Shown here one piece after another: positions 1-9,983 of a DNA stretch of 64,000 nucleotides (position 1 is the stretch's first letter; each line of letters begins with the position of its first letter). The stretch covers positions 2,336,001 through 2,400,000 of the forward strand of contig CAVTCS010000003.1 of NCBI GenBank assembly GCA_963733295.1, written 5' to 3'. Source of the DNA: Vulcanimicrobiota bacterium (lineage in GTDB: Bacteria; Vulcanimicrobiota; Vulcanimicrobiia; Vulcanimicrobiales; Vulcanimicrobiaceae). The notes below the pieces were generated by a model. It saw only the letters and a program-made list of their open reading frames with translations, was not told the origin of the DNA and made no database searches. Position numbers and translations under genes: made by a program.

Positions 1-138
1 CGAGCCCTCCGCGGCCGCGGTTACGCCCCGACGATAGCCGCAGGGGTTGGCGGTCACAATTCCCGCCGACCATTCTGAGGGCACGGTCCGTTTCCTCGCG
101 CCCGGGGGACTTTCGGCCCGGCGACGCCGCGTGAAGGG

Positions 139-1020
139 ATGACGATGGAACTCGCCGAGCCCCGCTTCGTGCCGTGCTCCGAGGTCTTTTCGACCCGTCC
201 GGACCGGATCGAGCGGGTCCGGTGCGTGGGTTTGTGGCTGGCCGGCTCGCTCGCAGGGCTGCAGAGGCCGGCGGTCGCCGTCATCGGGACGCGGGCGCCC
301 TCTGAGGCGGCCCGGCAGCGCTCCCGGGCTCTGGGGCTGGCGCTGGGGGCCGCCGGCCTGTGTGTGGTCTCGGGATTGGCCCTAGGCATCGACGGCGCTG
401 CCCACGCCGGCGCCGTCGAGGCGCCCGCCCCGACCGTCGGCGTCCTCGGCGGCGGCCATCGGCACTTCTTCCCCCGCCGGAACTTGGCGCTGGCCAGGTC
501 GATGCTCGAAAGCGGCGGCGGCGTGGTCTCGCCTTTCGCTCCGGACGAACCGGCCCGGCCTTGGCAGTTTTTGCAGCGCAACGGCATAGTCGCCGCACTC
601 GCCGACGCCGTCGTGATCGTAGAGGCCGCCGAACGGAGCGGCGCCCTGAACACCGCGAGTTGGGCGGCAGGTTTGGGGATCGACGTTCTGGCTTTTCCCG
701 GCGACGTCGAGCGTCCCAAAGCGGCGGGGTGCAACGCATTGATTCGCGACGGCGCTACGCTCGTCCGAAGCGCCGCCGACGTGCTCGAGGCAATGGGTAT
801 CGCTCGTCCGGCGCGCGACCTCTCCGCGCGTGCCGCAACGCAGCCGCCAGTCGATCGGTTGAGCGCGAAGCTTCTCGCACTTTTGGCGAACGGACCCCAA
901 GATCTCGACGAACTCGTCGCGCGAAGCGAAGCCCAACCGGGCGAGATCCTCGCCGCGCTCATCGCGCTCGAGATCGCGGGCAGCGTCAGCAGTGAGGGTC
1001 CAGCCTTCAGACTAGCGTGA
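139..1020 (+). CDS. dprA: DNA-processing protein DprA (short N-terminus, C-terminal winged helix)
   Basis: Motifs AVIGTR, VSGLALGIDGAAH, QRNGIVAALA, EAAERSGALNTA and GCNALIRDGA. Confidence 0.93.
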   Translation: MTMELAEPRFVPCSEVFSTRPDRIERVRCVGLWLAGSLAGLQRPAVAVIGTRAPSEAARQRSRALGLALGAAGLCVVSGLALGIDGAAHAGAVEAPAPTVGVLGGGHRHFFPRRNLALARSMLESGGGVVSPFAPDEPARPWQFLQRNGIVAALADAVVIVEAAERSGALNTASWAAGLGIDVLAFPGDVERPKAAGCNALIRDGATLVRSAADVLEAMGIARPARDLSARAATQPPVDRLSAKLLALLANGPQDLDELVARSEAQPGEILAALIALEIAGSVSSEGPAFRLA

Positions 1021-1068
1021 CGGACTCCGCGGAGGAACATTGGTTCGCCGGGAGCTCAATCCACGAGC

Positions 1069-1530
1069 ATGAAATACCGCCTCATCGCGGTCGGAAAGAT
1101 GCGCGAGCCGTATTTGGCGCAAGCGGCGGCCGACTTTCGAACGCGACTCGGCCGCTACGAAACGTACGACGAGATCGAAGTCGCGCCGGGGCACGGAGGT
1201 GACGCCGGCCGTGCGGTGCGTGACGAGGGCGAGCGAATCCTGGCGGCGTTGCGGCCGGGCGACGTGCTTTGGCTGCTCGAACGGAGCGGCTCCGCGCTCT
1301 CGAGCGAGGAGCTTGCGGCGCGGCTGGTCCGGCTCGCCGAGACGGGCGCGTCGCGCATCGTCTTCGCGATCGCCGGACCGTACGGTGCGAGCGAGGCGCT
1401 CGCGCAACGCGCCGATTTTCGATGGTCCCTTTCGCCGCTGACGTTCTTGCACGAGTGGGCGCGGGCGATCGTGCTGGAACAGCTCTATCGTGCAGCGAAG
1501 ATCGCGCGAAATGAGCCCTACCACCATTGA
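1069..1530 (+). CDS. rlmH: 23S rRNA (pseudouridine1915-N3)-methyltransferase RlmH
   Basis: IAVGK N-terminus; SLSPLTFLHEWARAIVLEQLYRAAKI...PYH C-terminus. Confidence 0.95.
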   Translation: MKYRLIAVGKMREPYLAQAAADFRTRLGRYETYDEIEVAPGHGGDAGRAVRDEGERILAALRPGDVLWLLERSGSALSSEELAARLVRLAETGASRIVFAIAGPYGASEALAQRADFRWSLSPLTFLHEWARAIVLEQLYRAAKIARNEPYHH

Positions 1531-3202
1531 GAGCGCCGGCGGCGCGACTGAGGATCTCGACCGCATCGCCCAAGCACTCGCGCGTGCGGCGGGTGCGATC
1601 GTTCCGGGCGGGGCGCCCAGCGTCGTCTTCGAGGCGCCGCGCAACCTCGAGTTCGGCGACTTTGCCTCGAACGTTGCCCTGCAGCTCGCGAAGAGCGCGC
1701 GGCGCGCTCCGCAACAGCTTGCCGGGGAATTGATCGAGCGCGCGTTCAGCGACGAACCCGAACTGCGCCGGCTCGTCGCGCATGCGCAAGCCGCCGGCGG
1801 CTTCATCAACATCCGCATGGCGCCGGCGTATTGGCAACGGACCGTCGCGGCGATTCTTCGAGCGGGCTCCGAGTTCGGACGGAGCGCCGGCGGCGAGCGC
1901 GTTTCGCTCGAGTTCGGCAGCGCGAACCCGACCGGTCCGCTCGTTGTCGTGCAGGGCCGAACGCTCTCGATCGGTGATTCGCTCGCGCGCGCCATGCGTT
2001 TCTGCGGTTTCGACGTCACGACCGAGTGGATCATGAACGACGCGGGTTCGCAGATGGAGAGCGCCGCCCGATCGCTCTACGCTCGCTACCGTCAACTGGC
2101 CGAGGCAAGCCACCCGTTTCCCGAAGACGGTTATCCCGGCGAATACTTCGTGCCGATCGCGCAGGAGTTGCGCGCGCAGGAGGGTTCGCGCTGGGACGAT
2201 GCCGACGAGGTGGACTGGCTGCCGTACTTCGCGCGTTACGCGCGCGACGTTCTCGTCGCGCAACAGCAGGCCACCTGCGAACGTTTCGGCGTGCGCTTCG
2301 ATCGCTGGCAGAGCGAGCGCGAGATGCACGAGAGCGGCGCGATCGAGGCGCACATCACAGCTCTGCGCACCAAAGGTCTCGCGTATGAGAAGGATGGTGC
2401 GCTGTGGATGCGGGCGACCGATTTCGGCGACGACAAGGATCGCGTCGTCGTGCGCAGCGACGGACGCCCGACCTACTACGGCCAAGACGTCGCCTACCAC
2501 TACGACAAGCTCGAGCGGACGGCGCGCGCAATCCTGATTCTCGGGCCCGATCACCATGGCTACATCACGCGCCTCAAGGCGCTCGCGAGCGCCTTCGGAA
2601 AGCCGGGCGCGATCTCGGTCTTGATCGCGCAACAGATGACGGTCGTGCGCGACGGTCAGGTGGTTTCGTCAAGCAAGCGGCAGGGCGAAGTTTTGACGCT
2701 CGACGAGATTCTCGACGAAGTCGGCGTCGACGCGGCGCGCTTTTTCTTCGTGATGCCGAGCGCCGACTCGCCGGTCGCTTTCGACCTGTCTCTGGCCGTC
2801 GAGCAATCGAGCGAGAACCCGGTTTACTACGTGCAATACGGTCACGCGCGAATCGCCTCGATCGAGCGCAAAGCCCCGCCGGAACTGCTCGCGCGAGCCC
2901 TTCGGGCCGAAGGTTTGGAACGTCTCGCCGAGTCGGCCGAACTCGCCCTGGCGCGACGTCTCTCCGAATTTCCCGCGATCGTGCGCTCGGTCGTCGACGG
3001 TCTGGCACCGCACCGTCTCGCGCGCTACCTGCAGTCGGTTGCCGCAGACTTCCACCAATTCTACATGAGCTGCACCGTCTTGGGCGACGATGCCCAGCTC
3101 AGCGTGGCGCGCCTCGGGCTTTCGCACGCGACCAAGACCGTGCTCGCCAGCGGCCTCGCTCTTTTGGGCGTTAGCGCGCCCGACGCGATGGAGCGGAGCT
3201 AG
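1511..3202 (+). CDS. argS: Arginine--tRNA ligase
   Basis: FGDFASNVA, GFIN, EFGSANPTGPL, GDDKDRVVVRSDG.PTY, GPDHHGY and ENPVYYVQYGHAR. ATG at 1511 chosen; it overlaps the rlmH end. Confidence 0.95.
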   Translation: MSPTTIESAGGATEDLDRIAQALARAAGAIVPGGAPSVVFEAPRNLEFGDFASNVALQLAKSARRAPQQLAGELIERAFSDEPELRRLVAHAQAAGGFINIRMAPAYWQRTVAAILRAGSEFGRSAGGERVSLEFGSANPTGPLVVVQGRTLSIGDSLARAMRFCGFDVTTEWIMNDAGSQMESAARSLYARYRQLAEASHPFPEDGYPGEYFVPIAQELRAQEGSRWDDADEVDWLPYFARYARDVLVAQQQATCERFGVRFDRWQSEREMHESGAIEAHITALRTKGLAYEKDGALWMRATDFGDDKDRVVVRSDGRPTYYGQDVAYHYDKLERTARAILILGPDHHGYITRLKALASAFGKPGAISVLIAQQMTVVRDGQVVSSSKRQGEVLTLDEILDEVGVDAARFFFVMPSADSPVAFDLSLAVEQSSENPVYYVQYGHARIASIERKAPPELLARALRAEGLERLAESAELALARRLSEFPAIVRSVVDGLAPHRLARYLQSVAADFHQFYMSCTVLGDDAQLSVARLGLSHATKTVLASGLALLGVSAPDAMERS

Positions 3203-4292
3203 CCGGCAGCACCGGCAGATCGGCGTCGTCGCCGAGCGCGGGAGCCGAACGGAAGAAGCGCCAGGCGACGCGGATGAGCGCGGCGGCGGGAATGCCGAGC
3301 AGCAGTCCCGGCACGCCGAAGAGCTCGCCGCCCGCGAACGTGGCGAAGATCACCGCGATCGGCGAGACGCCGACGCTTTGCGCCATGATGCGCGGCACGA
3401 AGATGTTGTCGGCGACCCGGAACACCGTGAAGATCAGGGCCTGAACCCAGACGATCGTTTCGGTTCCCTGCGGAAGCGATAAGACCAGAGCCAGCGCGTG
3501 GCTCAAGATCTGTCCGGCGAACGGCACGGCGTACGACACGCCTGCGAAGATTCCGACCAGTAACGCGAATTTAAACCCGACGAGTGCCGTCGAGGCCCAC
3601 ACGAAAACTCCGGTGACGAAGCATACGATGGTTTGTCCCGAGACGTAGCTCGACAAGACGTGGCCCAGCTCGTTGCCCAGCGCGCGCGCGCGCGAGCGGC
3701 GCCGCTCCGGCAAAAGATTGTAAAACGCGTCTCCGACATGCTCGCCCTGAAAGAGAAAGAAGGCCGACAACACGAGCGCAGCGATCGTGATGAGGGCAGC
3801 CGAGGCGAGATTGACCAAGATGTCGGTGATCGAACCTAAACCGGCGTTCACGATCTCCGAGGTTTTCGCGCTCACGAAGCCGCTAAGGTCGCCGCCCGAG
3901 TCCTGGGGCAGGTACGAGCGCCCGAAATGATCGTGCAACCACAACTCCGCTTGGTTGAACGAGCCCTGTACGACCGCGATGTACTGCGGCGCGTCGAGCG
4001 CAATCGCTTTGATCTGAAGGACGGTCGCGGGGAGCACCAGCAGCAGCAGCGCGGCGACGATCACCAGCAGCCCGACGTAGATGACGCCGATCGCGACGGG
4101 ACGGGGCATCCAGCGCTCGAGCCGAACGACGATCGGAAAGACGCCGAATGCGATGAAGGCGGCAATGACGAACGCGGTCACCGTGCGCGGGATGTGCGTC
4201 GCGCACCAGTAGATCGTCAAGCAAATCGCAGCGACGCCGAGCAACCAATACGCGCGGCGCCGCCAAAGCGGCGAGGTCAGAGCGGCTTGCAA
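3171..4292 (-). CDS. AI-2E (PerM/UPF0118) family transporter
   Basis: Multi-TM protein with DNIFVPRIMAQSVGVSP and GGELFGVPGLLLGIP. TTG start near 4292 is an estimate. Confidence 0.85.
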   Translation of the reverse strand: MQAALTSPLWRRRAYWLLGVAAICLTIYWCATHIPRTVTAFVIAAFIAFGVFPIVVRLERWMPRPVAIGVIYVGLLVIVAALLLLVLPATVLQIKAIALDAPQYIAVVQGSFNQAELWLHDHFGRSYLPQDSGGDLSGFVSAKTSEIVNAGLGSITDILVNLASAALITIAALVLSAFFLFQGEHVGDAFYNLLPERRRSRARALGNELGHVLSSYVSGQTIVCFVTGVFVWASTALVGFKFALLVGIFAGVSYAVPFAGQILSHALALVLSLPQGTETIVWVQALIFTVFRVADNIFVPRIMAQSVGVSPIAVIFATFAGGELFGVPGLLLGIPAAALIRVAWRFFRSAPALGDDADLPVLPASSAPSRRAR

Positions 4293-4786
4293 AGCAGCCG
4301 GCGTTCCGTAACGTAACCCGCTTGCGCGTACAGCTCGCGTGCCGCCGCGTTCTCTTCGGTCACCATCAGCGCGACATAACCGAGGCCCCGTGCTCGCGCA
4401 GCGTCCTCCGCCGCGGCCAGCAAGTGCGCGGCGACGCCCATTCGCCGGGCATGCGGCTCGACCGCCATGTAGACGACGAACCCTTGCGGCAGCGCGGTCA
4501 CTTCGTCCGGCAGCGAATCCAGCATCACGAGAAAGCCCAGCGGTTCCCCGCCGCTCGTCGCGATGAACGACTCGTGCGATTGTTCCAACGCGAAATCGAT
4601 CAACCGCTCGTAGCTCGCGGCGACGAGCGGCGGGGCCGCGCTCCGCAACGGCGAGACGCTGTCCGTCACCGTGCGCCGGCCGAGATCGAGGATGAAGCGC
4701 CGATCGGCGGCGCCGGTGCCGCGACGGATCGCGATCGAAGCTTTCAGGTGACGGCTCCCGCAATAGCCCCCGCAGCCACCCGCCAT
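4277..4786 (-). CDS. GNAT family N-acetyltransferase
   Basis: MAVEPHARRMGVA acetyl-CoA motif and N.AARELY..AGY. Start uncertain. Confidence 0.8.
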   Translation of the reverse strand: MAGGCGGYCGSRHLKASIAIRRGTGAADRRFILDLGRRTVTDSVSPLRSAAPPLVAASYERLIDFALEQSHESFIATSGGEPLGFLVMLDSLPDEVTALPQGFVVYMAVEPHARRMGVAAHLLAAAEDAARARGLGYVALMVTEENAAARELYAQAGYVTERRLLCKPL

Positions 4787-5883
4787 TCGCCGAGCAACGC
4801 TTCGAATGCCGCGATGAAGGCTCGGTTTTCCTCGGGCGTTCCGATCGAGACGCGCAAGCGTCCGGGCATGCCGAGACCGTCGCCCGAGCGTACGATCACT
4901 CCCGCTTCCAGCAGCGCCTGATAGGCGCTGTCGGCGGCAACCGGCACTTCGACGGCGATGAAGTTCGCCGCGCTGGGATACGCATGCAAGCCCAGCCGGC
5001 GGAACTCTTGGTTCAAAAACGCTTTCCCACGCTCGTTGTTCTCGATGCTGCGCGCGACGAAATCGTCGTCGTCGAGCGCGGCAAGCACCGCCACGGCTGC
5101 CGGACGCGCCACGTTGAAAGGAAGACGCACCGAATTCATCGCGGTCACGATCTCGGGCGAAGAGAAACCGTAGCCGAAGCGAACTGCGGCCAAACCGTAG
5201 ATTTTCGAAGCGGTGCGCGTGACGAGCGTGCCCGGACGGACCGCGATGAGTTCCGCCCCTTCGCTTCCGCCACGATCCATGAACTCGCGATACGCTTGGT
5301 CCACGACGAGCAGGACGTGCTCCGGCAGCGCCTGCGCGAAGCGCAGCAGCGCGTCGCGCTCGACGCGGGTTCCCGTCGGATTGTTCGGGTCGCACACGAA
5401 GACCAGCTTGGTTGCCGGCGTTACCGCGGCGAGCATCGCGTCGAGGTCGTGAACGCCTTCGCGCAGCGGCACTTCGAGCGCGCGCGCCCCGAAGATCTGC
5501 GCGTCCTTACGAAAGAGCGAGAACGTCGGCTTGGCCATCACGACCTCTTCGCCCGGATCCACGAAAGCGATGAACGCGAGCTGGATCAGCTCGTTACTCC
5601 CGTGTCCCAAGACGACCGACTCCGGTCCCAGACCGTAGCGCGCACCCAGACGCGCACAAAGTGCGCGATGGTCGTCTTCGACGTAGTCGCTAAGCGCTGC
5701 GATCGAACGCAGCGCGGCCACTGCTTTCGGCGACGTACCGAGCGGATTTTCGTTCTGCGAGAGTTTGACCGGGCGCACGATTCCGAAGTGGCGCACGACT
5801 TCAGCGACGGAAGTGCCCGGCTTGTACGGTGCGAACCCGCGCAGCGCACGGCGCAGGAGGCTATCCAGCAAAGAGCGTGGCAT
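4744..5883 (-). CDS. hisC: Histidinol-phosphate aminotransferase
   Basis: KLSQNENPLG, GHGSNELI, DPNNPTG, DQAY and RTASKIYGLA (PLP lysine). Confidence 0.92.
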   Translation of the reverse strand: MPRSLLDSLLRRALRGFAPYKPGTSVAEVVRHFGIVRPVKLSQNENPLGTSPKAVAALRSIAALSDYVEDDHRALCARLGARYGLGPESVVLGHGSNELIQLAFIAFVDPGEEVVMAKPTFSLFRKDAQIFGARALEVPLREGVHDLDAMLAAVTPATKLVFVCDPNNPTGTRVERDALLRFAQALPEHVLLVVDQAYREFMDRGGSEGAELIAVRPGTLVTRTASKIYGLAAVRFGYGFSSPEIVTAMNSVRLPFNVARPAAVAVLAALDDDDFVARSIENNERGKAFLNQEFRRLGLHAYPSAANFIAVEVPVAADSAYQALLEAGVIVRSGDGLGMPGRLRVSIGTPEENRAFIAAFEALLGEWRVAAGAIAGAVT

Positions 5884-5886
5884 TGT

Positions 5887-6576
5887 ATGGGTCGATTCGA
5901 CTTTGCGAGGTTCCGTTCCGTGCTCTTGCTCGCCGCCGCCGTTCTCGTTGCCGTCACCACGTCGCCGAAGGTGCCGGCGTCGGCGCGCTGCCCGCAGGCG
6001 CCGTTCGCGGCGCCGCAAGTAACGGGACCGTCACCGGCCGGCCTATCCTGTCCCGCACTCGAGGTTTCCGGCCGCGCCGACCGGACGAATCCCGAACTCG
6101 ATCCGGCTTTCGACGTCTCGATCGCGCCCAGCCGCTTTCCGTCGAGCGCGCCGGCCGCGCCGGAAGGCCTGTTGCAAGGCTTCGATTCGCAAGGCCGTTT
6201 GCTTTTCGTGCAGCAGATGAGCGCGGGCGGCGAGTTTCACACCTTCGTCCCGGTTTCCGAAGCCACCGCGCGCGCCCTCGCGCGCATCCGCCTGACCTTC
6301 GGATCGGCGTTCTCAGAGCGTAGCGCACTTCCTCACGGAGAACCCTCCGCCGAAACCGTTTCGGTCGACGATTCGCACGTGCTCCTGGCTTGGAGCGCTA
6401 ACCTTTTCCCTGCGGTCCGGGTGCGCGAATACGCCAATGGCCCGCTGGTCGCGGTCGGCAGCGGTTCCACGAGCTACAGCGAGATCACCATCGCCACGAA
6501 CTCCTCGCTGCTTTTCGTCGATTTCTCGGACGGCGTTCACAGCTATGCGCGCAGCGTCCGCGTATGGGGCCGCTGA
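5887..6576 (+). CDS. Hypothetical secreted protein
   Basis: Signal-peptide-like N-terminus (RFRSVLLLAAAVLVAV); fills the gap between hisC and pyrE. Confidence 0.6.
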   Translation: MGRFDFARFRSVLLLAAAVLVAVTTSPKVPASARCPQAPFAAPQVTGPSPAGLSCPALEVSGRADRTNPELDPAFDVSIAPSRFPSSAPAAPEGLLQGFDSQGRLLFVQQMSAGGEFHTFVPVSEATARALARIRLTFGSAFSERSALPHGEPSAETVSVDDSHVLLAWSANLFPAVRVREYANGPLVAVGSGSTSYSEITIATNSSLLFVDFSDGVHSYARSVRVWGR

Positions 6577-6594
6577 CGATAACCGCGCGCTAAC

Positions 6595-7176
6595 CTAGCG
6601 GGCGAAACGAGAGCCGGGTTCGGTCAAGGCTTCGCCGCGCGCGCACTGCGGGCACTCGGCCGGATCGAACGATTCGACGGGCAGGTCGAGCAGCGCGATC
6701 GTCGGGATTCCAAAATCGACCAGTTGACGGCGCACGATCGCCCCGACCGCGACGGCCGCCGCGCCGCTGCGCGCGACGACGTCGAGCACTTCGCGCACCG
6801 ACCCGCCGGTCGTCAGGACGTCTTCCACGACGAAGACGCGGTCGTTCGGCCCTAAAGTAAATCCGCGCCGCAGCATGGGAGCGCCGGCTTCCTTCTCGAC
6901 GAAGAGCGCGAGCGTTCCGAGCTGACGGGCGACTTCGTAGCCGAGCACGATTCCGCCGACCGCGGCGCTGACGACGACGTTCGGCGCGAACGAGCGAGCG
7001 GCGGCGGCCAACTCGGCCGCCAGCGGTTCAACGAGCTTGGGATCCTCGAGAATGCGGAACTTTTGGATGAAGCGCGGGCTGTGCCGGCCCGAAGAGAGGC
7101 GGAAATGACCGTCGAGCAGCGCGCCGCGCGCGCTCAATTCAGCGGGGAGCGATTCAGCGGTCAACGCCGGCCGCAT
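6595..7176 (-). CDS. pyrE: Orotate phosphoribosyltransferase
   Basis: GHFRLSSGRHS and PRPP motif VVEDVLTTGGSV; in the pyr operon. Confidence 0.93.
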   Translation of the reverse strand: MRPALTAESLPAELSARGALLDGHFRLSSGRHSPRFIQKFRILEDPKLVEPLAAELAAAARSFAPNVVVSAAVGGIVLGYEVARQLGTLALFVEKEAGAPMLRRGFTLGPNDRVFVVEDVLTTGGSVREVLDVVARSGAAAVAVGAIVRRQLVDFGIPTIALLDLPVESFDPAECPQCARGEALTEPGSRFAR

Positions 7177-7888
7177 CCATCTCCGCCAAGATCGCGCGCG
7201 TCGCCGCGGCGGGGTCGGGCGCTTCGGTGATCGGGCGTCCCACCACGAGATAATCGGCACCGGCCTCGACGGTGGCGCGCGGTGTCGCCGTGCGCTTTTG
7301 GTCGTCGTGCGTCGTGCCGAGGGGCCGGATCCCACCGCAGAGCGCCTCGAAGTGCATTCCGAAAAACGACTTCAGGTCGCGCACTTCGTTCGGACTGCAG
7401 ACCACCCCGGCGCAGCGCGCGTCGCGAGCCAAGGCCGCGAGGCGGATCACGTTCTCACCTGGTCCTCCGCTCAAACCGAGTTCGCCCAAATCCTCGATTC
7501 CCAAACTCGTGAGCAGGGTGACCGCAAAGAGCTTCGGCGGCTCGATCCCAAGTTCGGATGCACGCTCGAGCGAGGCTTGGACAGCCGCCTGCATCATCGC
7601 GATACCGCCCATTGCGTGGACGGTGAGGATTCGCACGCCGGGCCGCACGATCGCGCGCACGGCAGCGGCGACGGTCCGGGGTATGTCGTGCAGCTTCCCA
7701 TCGATGAAGTAATCGGCACCGCTGCCCTCGAGCTGTTCGCGAATCTCATCGCCATAGTTGTAGAGCGGCTCGTAGCCGAGTTTGAAGATGACGTCGAGTC
7801 CCGCCAGAGCGGCGATCAAGGCGCGCGCTTCCTCGAGCTCCGCAACGTCGACCGCGACGATCAAACGAGGGCGCGTCGAAACGTTCAT
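7154..7888 (-). CDS. pyrF: Orotidine-5'-phosphate decarboxylase
   Basis: DGKLHDIPRTV, DDQKR and YLVVGRPI. Confidence 0.95.
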   Translation of the reverse strand: MNVSTRPRLIVAVDVAELEEARALIAALAGLDVIFKLGYEPLYNYGDEIREQLEGSGADYFIDGKLHDIPRTVAAAVRAIVRPGVRILTVHAMGGIAMMQAAVQASLERASELGIEPPKLFAVTLLTSLGIEDLGELGLSGGPGENVIRLAALARDARCAGVVCSPNEVRDLKSFFGMHFEALCGGIRPLGTTHDDQKRTATPRATVEAGADYLVVGRPITEAPDPAAATRAILAEMDAAGVDR

Positions 7889-8829
7889 GCACTGCCTCCA
7901 AAGCCCGGGTTGGCTCGACCGACCAGCTCCGAGAGCCGCGCGATCTTCTTGCGGGCCATGTAGGCGCGCAAGCCGTCAACAACGGTCAGCGGCGCGCGCG
8001 GATCGGTGAAGTTGCCGGTGCCGATCGAGACCGCGCTGGCCCCGGCCAGAAAGAACTCGAGCGCATCCCGCGCCGTCTCGATTCCGCCCTGCCCCACGAT
8101 CGGGATGCGCACCGCGCGGGCGACCTCCCAGACCGCGAGCACCGCGATGGGACGAATGGCCGCCCCCGACAGGCCGCCGCTGACGTTACCGAGGCGCGGC
8201 TCGCAGCGTTCTACGTCGACCGACATGCCGCGCACGGTGTTGATGACCGCCAGCGCGTCGGCTCCGGCTGCCTCGACGACACGCGCGATCGCCGCGATGT
8301 CGGTGACGTTGGGCGAAAGTTTGACGATCAACGTCTTTCCGGTCACGCCGCGAGCGGCGCGCGTGGCACGCTCGGCAAGTTGAGGGTCGCAGGCGAACGT
8401 CTCGCCTTCCGTGCCGACGTTCGGACAGGAGATGTTCAGCTCGATCGCATCGATCTCGTCGCGCCTTGCCAGCCGTTCGGTGACGTAGGCATAATCGTCG
8501 ACCGAGAAGCCGGCGACGCTTCCGATAACGGCGCACGGACGATCCGCGAAACCTGCCACGTCGTGCTCGAGGTACGCGTCGATTCCCGGATTCTGTAAAC
8601 CGATCGCGTTCAGCATGCCGCTCGGCGTCGGAACCAGACGCGGCGCCGCATTTCCAAGGCGTGGGAAACGCGTCACGCTCTTGAGCACGACGCCCCCGAT
8701 CTTGGCGAGATCGACGAACGGCGCGTACTCGGCCCCCGAGCCGTAGCAACCGCTCCCCATCAGCGTCGGAACCCGCAGCTCGAGGCGTCCGATGCGGGTG
8801 CGAAGATCCGGTTCCGTCGCGATTACCAC
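7885..8829 (-). CDS. pyrD: Dihydroorotate dehydrogenase B, catalytic subunit
   Basis: GMLNAIGLQNPG, ELNISCPN, VKLSPNVTDI and GGLSG. GTG at 8829 overlaps the pyrK stop. Confidence 0.95.
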   Translation of the reverse strand: MVIATEPDLRTRIGRLELRVPTLMGSGCYGSGAEYAPFVDLAKIGGVVLKSVTRFPRLGNAAPRLVPTPSGMLNAIGLQNPGIDAYLEHDVAGFADRPCAVIGSVAGFSVDDYAYVTERLARRDEIDAIELNISCPNVGTEGETFACDPQLAERATRAARGVTGKTLIVKLSPNVTDIAAIARVVEAAGADALAVINTVRGMSVDVERCEPRLGNVSGGLSGAAIRPIAVLAVWEVARAVRIPIVGQGGIETARDALEFFLAGASAVSIGTGNFTDPRAPLTVVDGLRAYMARKKIARLSELVGRANPGFGGSA

Positions 8830-9653
8830 CGCAGCTCGTCCGACCAGAAGACCGGACCTTCTTTGCAAATTCGCGCATGAACGAAGTCGCGCGAGTCATC
8901 GGCCGCGAGCAGTGGGAAAGGCGGAGCTTGCGCGCTTTCGCGCGACAGCGGCACCACGCAACCCCAACACGCACCGACACCGCAGGCGAACGTCTCCTCG
9001 AGCGAAAGCTGCGCGCGCAGTCCGCGCTCGGCCGCGAGCTTTCCGACGACGCGCAACATCGGCGAGGGACCGCAGGCCGCGATGCCCGTGTGCGCGCGGT
9101 CTTCGCGAACGAACAGCTCGGTCACGAAACCGCGATGACCGCGCGAACCGTCGTCGGTGGCGAGCGAAACGCCGCTGCCGAGTTCCATGAAACGCTCGGC
9201 GTCGACCAGCGACTTGGCGTCGCGCGCGCCGTAGTAGAGGTGCGCGCGCGCGCCGGCAGCGTGCAGTGCGAGCGCCGGCAACAGCAGCGAAGCGAGACCG
9301 ACTCCGCCCGCTACGAGGGCCGGCGCGGCGCCGAGCGCCGCGAGATCGAAGCCGTTGCCGAGCGGTCCGAACAAATCCAGCTTTGCGCCGCTCGCAAGGT
9401 TAGCTAGCTCACGCGTTCGCGGCCCGACCGCCACCAGCATCAGCGACACGCGTCCAGCCTCAGCCTCGTAGACGCCAAGCGCGGTCGCGGCACGTTCTCC
9501 GCCCGGCGGTATCGCCATCACAAACTGGCCGGGGCGCGCGGCCCGAGCGAGTTCCGGAGCCTCCAGACCGAGGATCACGATTCCCGGAGCCTCTTCACGC
9601 CGATCGCGCACCGTCGTCCGGTGGATCGCAGCCGAGGTCTCGACGACGGGCAT
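8823..9653 (-). CDS. pyrK: Dihydroorotate dehydrogenase electron transfer subunit
   Basis: GPLGNGF, AGGVG, TDDGS.G, ACGP and the 2Fe-2S motif CGVGACWGC...CKEGPVF. Confidence 0.93.
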   Translation of the reverse strand: MPVVETSAAIHRTTVRDRREEAPGIVILGLEAPELARAARPGQFVMAIPPGGERAATALGVYEAEAGRVSLMLVAVGPRTRELANLASGAKLDLFGPLGNGFDLAALGAAPALVAGGVGLASLLLPALALHAAGARAHLYYGARDAKSLVDAERFMELGSGVSLATDDGSRGHRGFVTELFVREDRAHTGIAACGPSPMLRVVGKLAAERGLRAQLSLEETFACGVGACWGCVVPLSRESAQAPPFPLLAADDSRDFVHARICKEGPVFWSDELRW

Positions 9654-9826
9654 CTCCCGCCCATTTCCAGCCCCCGCCGAAAGTTCCCACGGCCTACTTT
9701 CGTCACATTCGACAAGATTTAATGCCTATTTAGTCATTCATAGGTATACATTGGGCGTCATTATCCGTTAATAGAGGTAGATGATAATTCTCCCGGACGA
9801 TCTGGGGAAGAAAGGAGGACCGAGAA

Positions 9827-9970
9827 ATGGCAGGACTCGTGGTCTTCAAATCGCTAGCCGACGCGCTAAGAGCGGGCTTCCAGATTTACGATCGTACTCA
9901 GGAAGGTTATCTCGTGCGAACGCGCACGACCGGTGGATGGGCAATAGCCCTCGTCCACTGTAAAGAGTAG
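9827..9970 (+). CDS. 47-aa small protein of unknown function (MAGLVVFKSLADALRAGFQIYDRTQEGYLVRTRTTGGWAIALVHCKE)
   Basis: Strong Shine-Dalgarno AAAGGAGG at 9811-9818, ATG 9827, TAG 9968-9970, AT-rich upstream DNA and a terminator directly downstream. Confidence 0.8.
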   Translation: MAGLVVFKSLADALRAGFQIYDRTQEGYLVRTRTTGGWAIALVHCKE

Positions 9971-9983
9971 CCGGACAATCGAA

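Noticed and set aside
139..260. DprA lacking a full N-terminal SAM domain as a pseudogene
   Set aside because: The core and C-terminal domains are intact, and DprA N-termini are known to vary.
1082..2632. Long antisense or alternative-frame ORFs (also 42091-44307, 35942-37453, 53735-55012 and many others)
   Set aside because: They shadow well-supported genes and have no motifs; such ORFs are expected in GC-rich DNA.
9781..9963. 60-aa ORF listed in the track
   Set aside because: It overlaps the 9827-9970 ORF in another frame; the latter has the much stronger ribosome-binding site and a more protein-like sequence.
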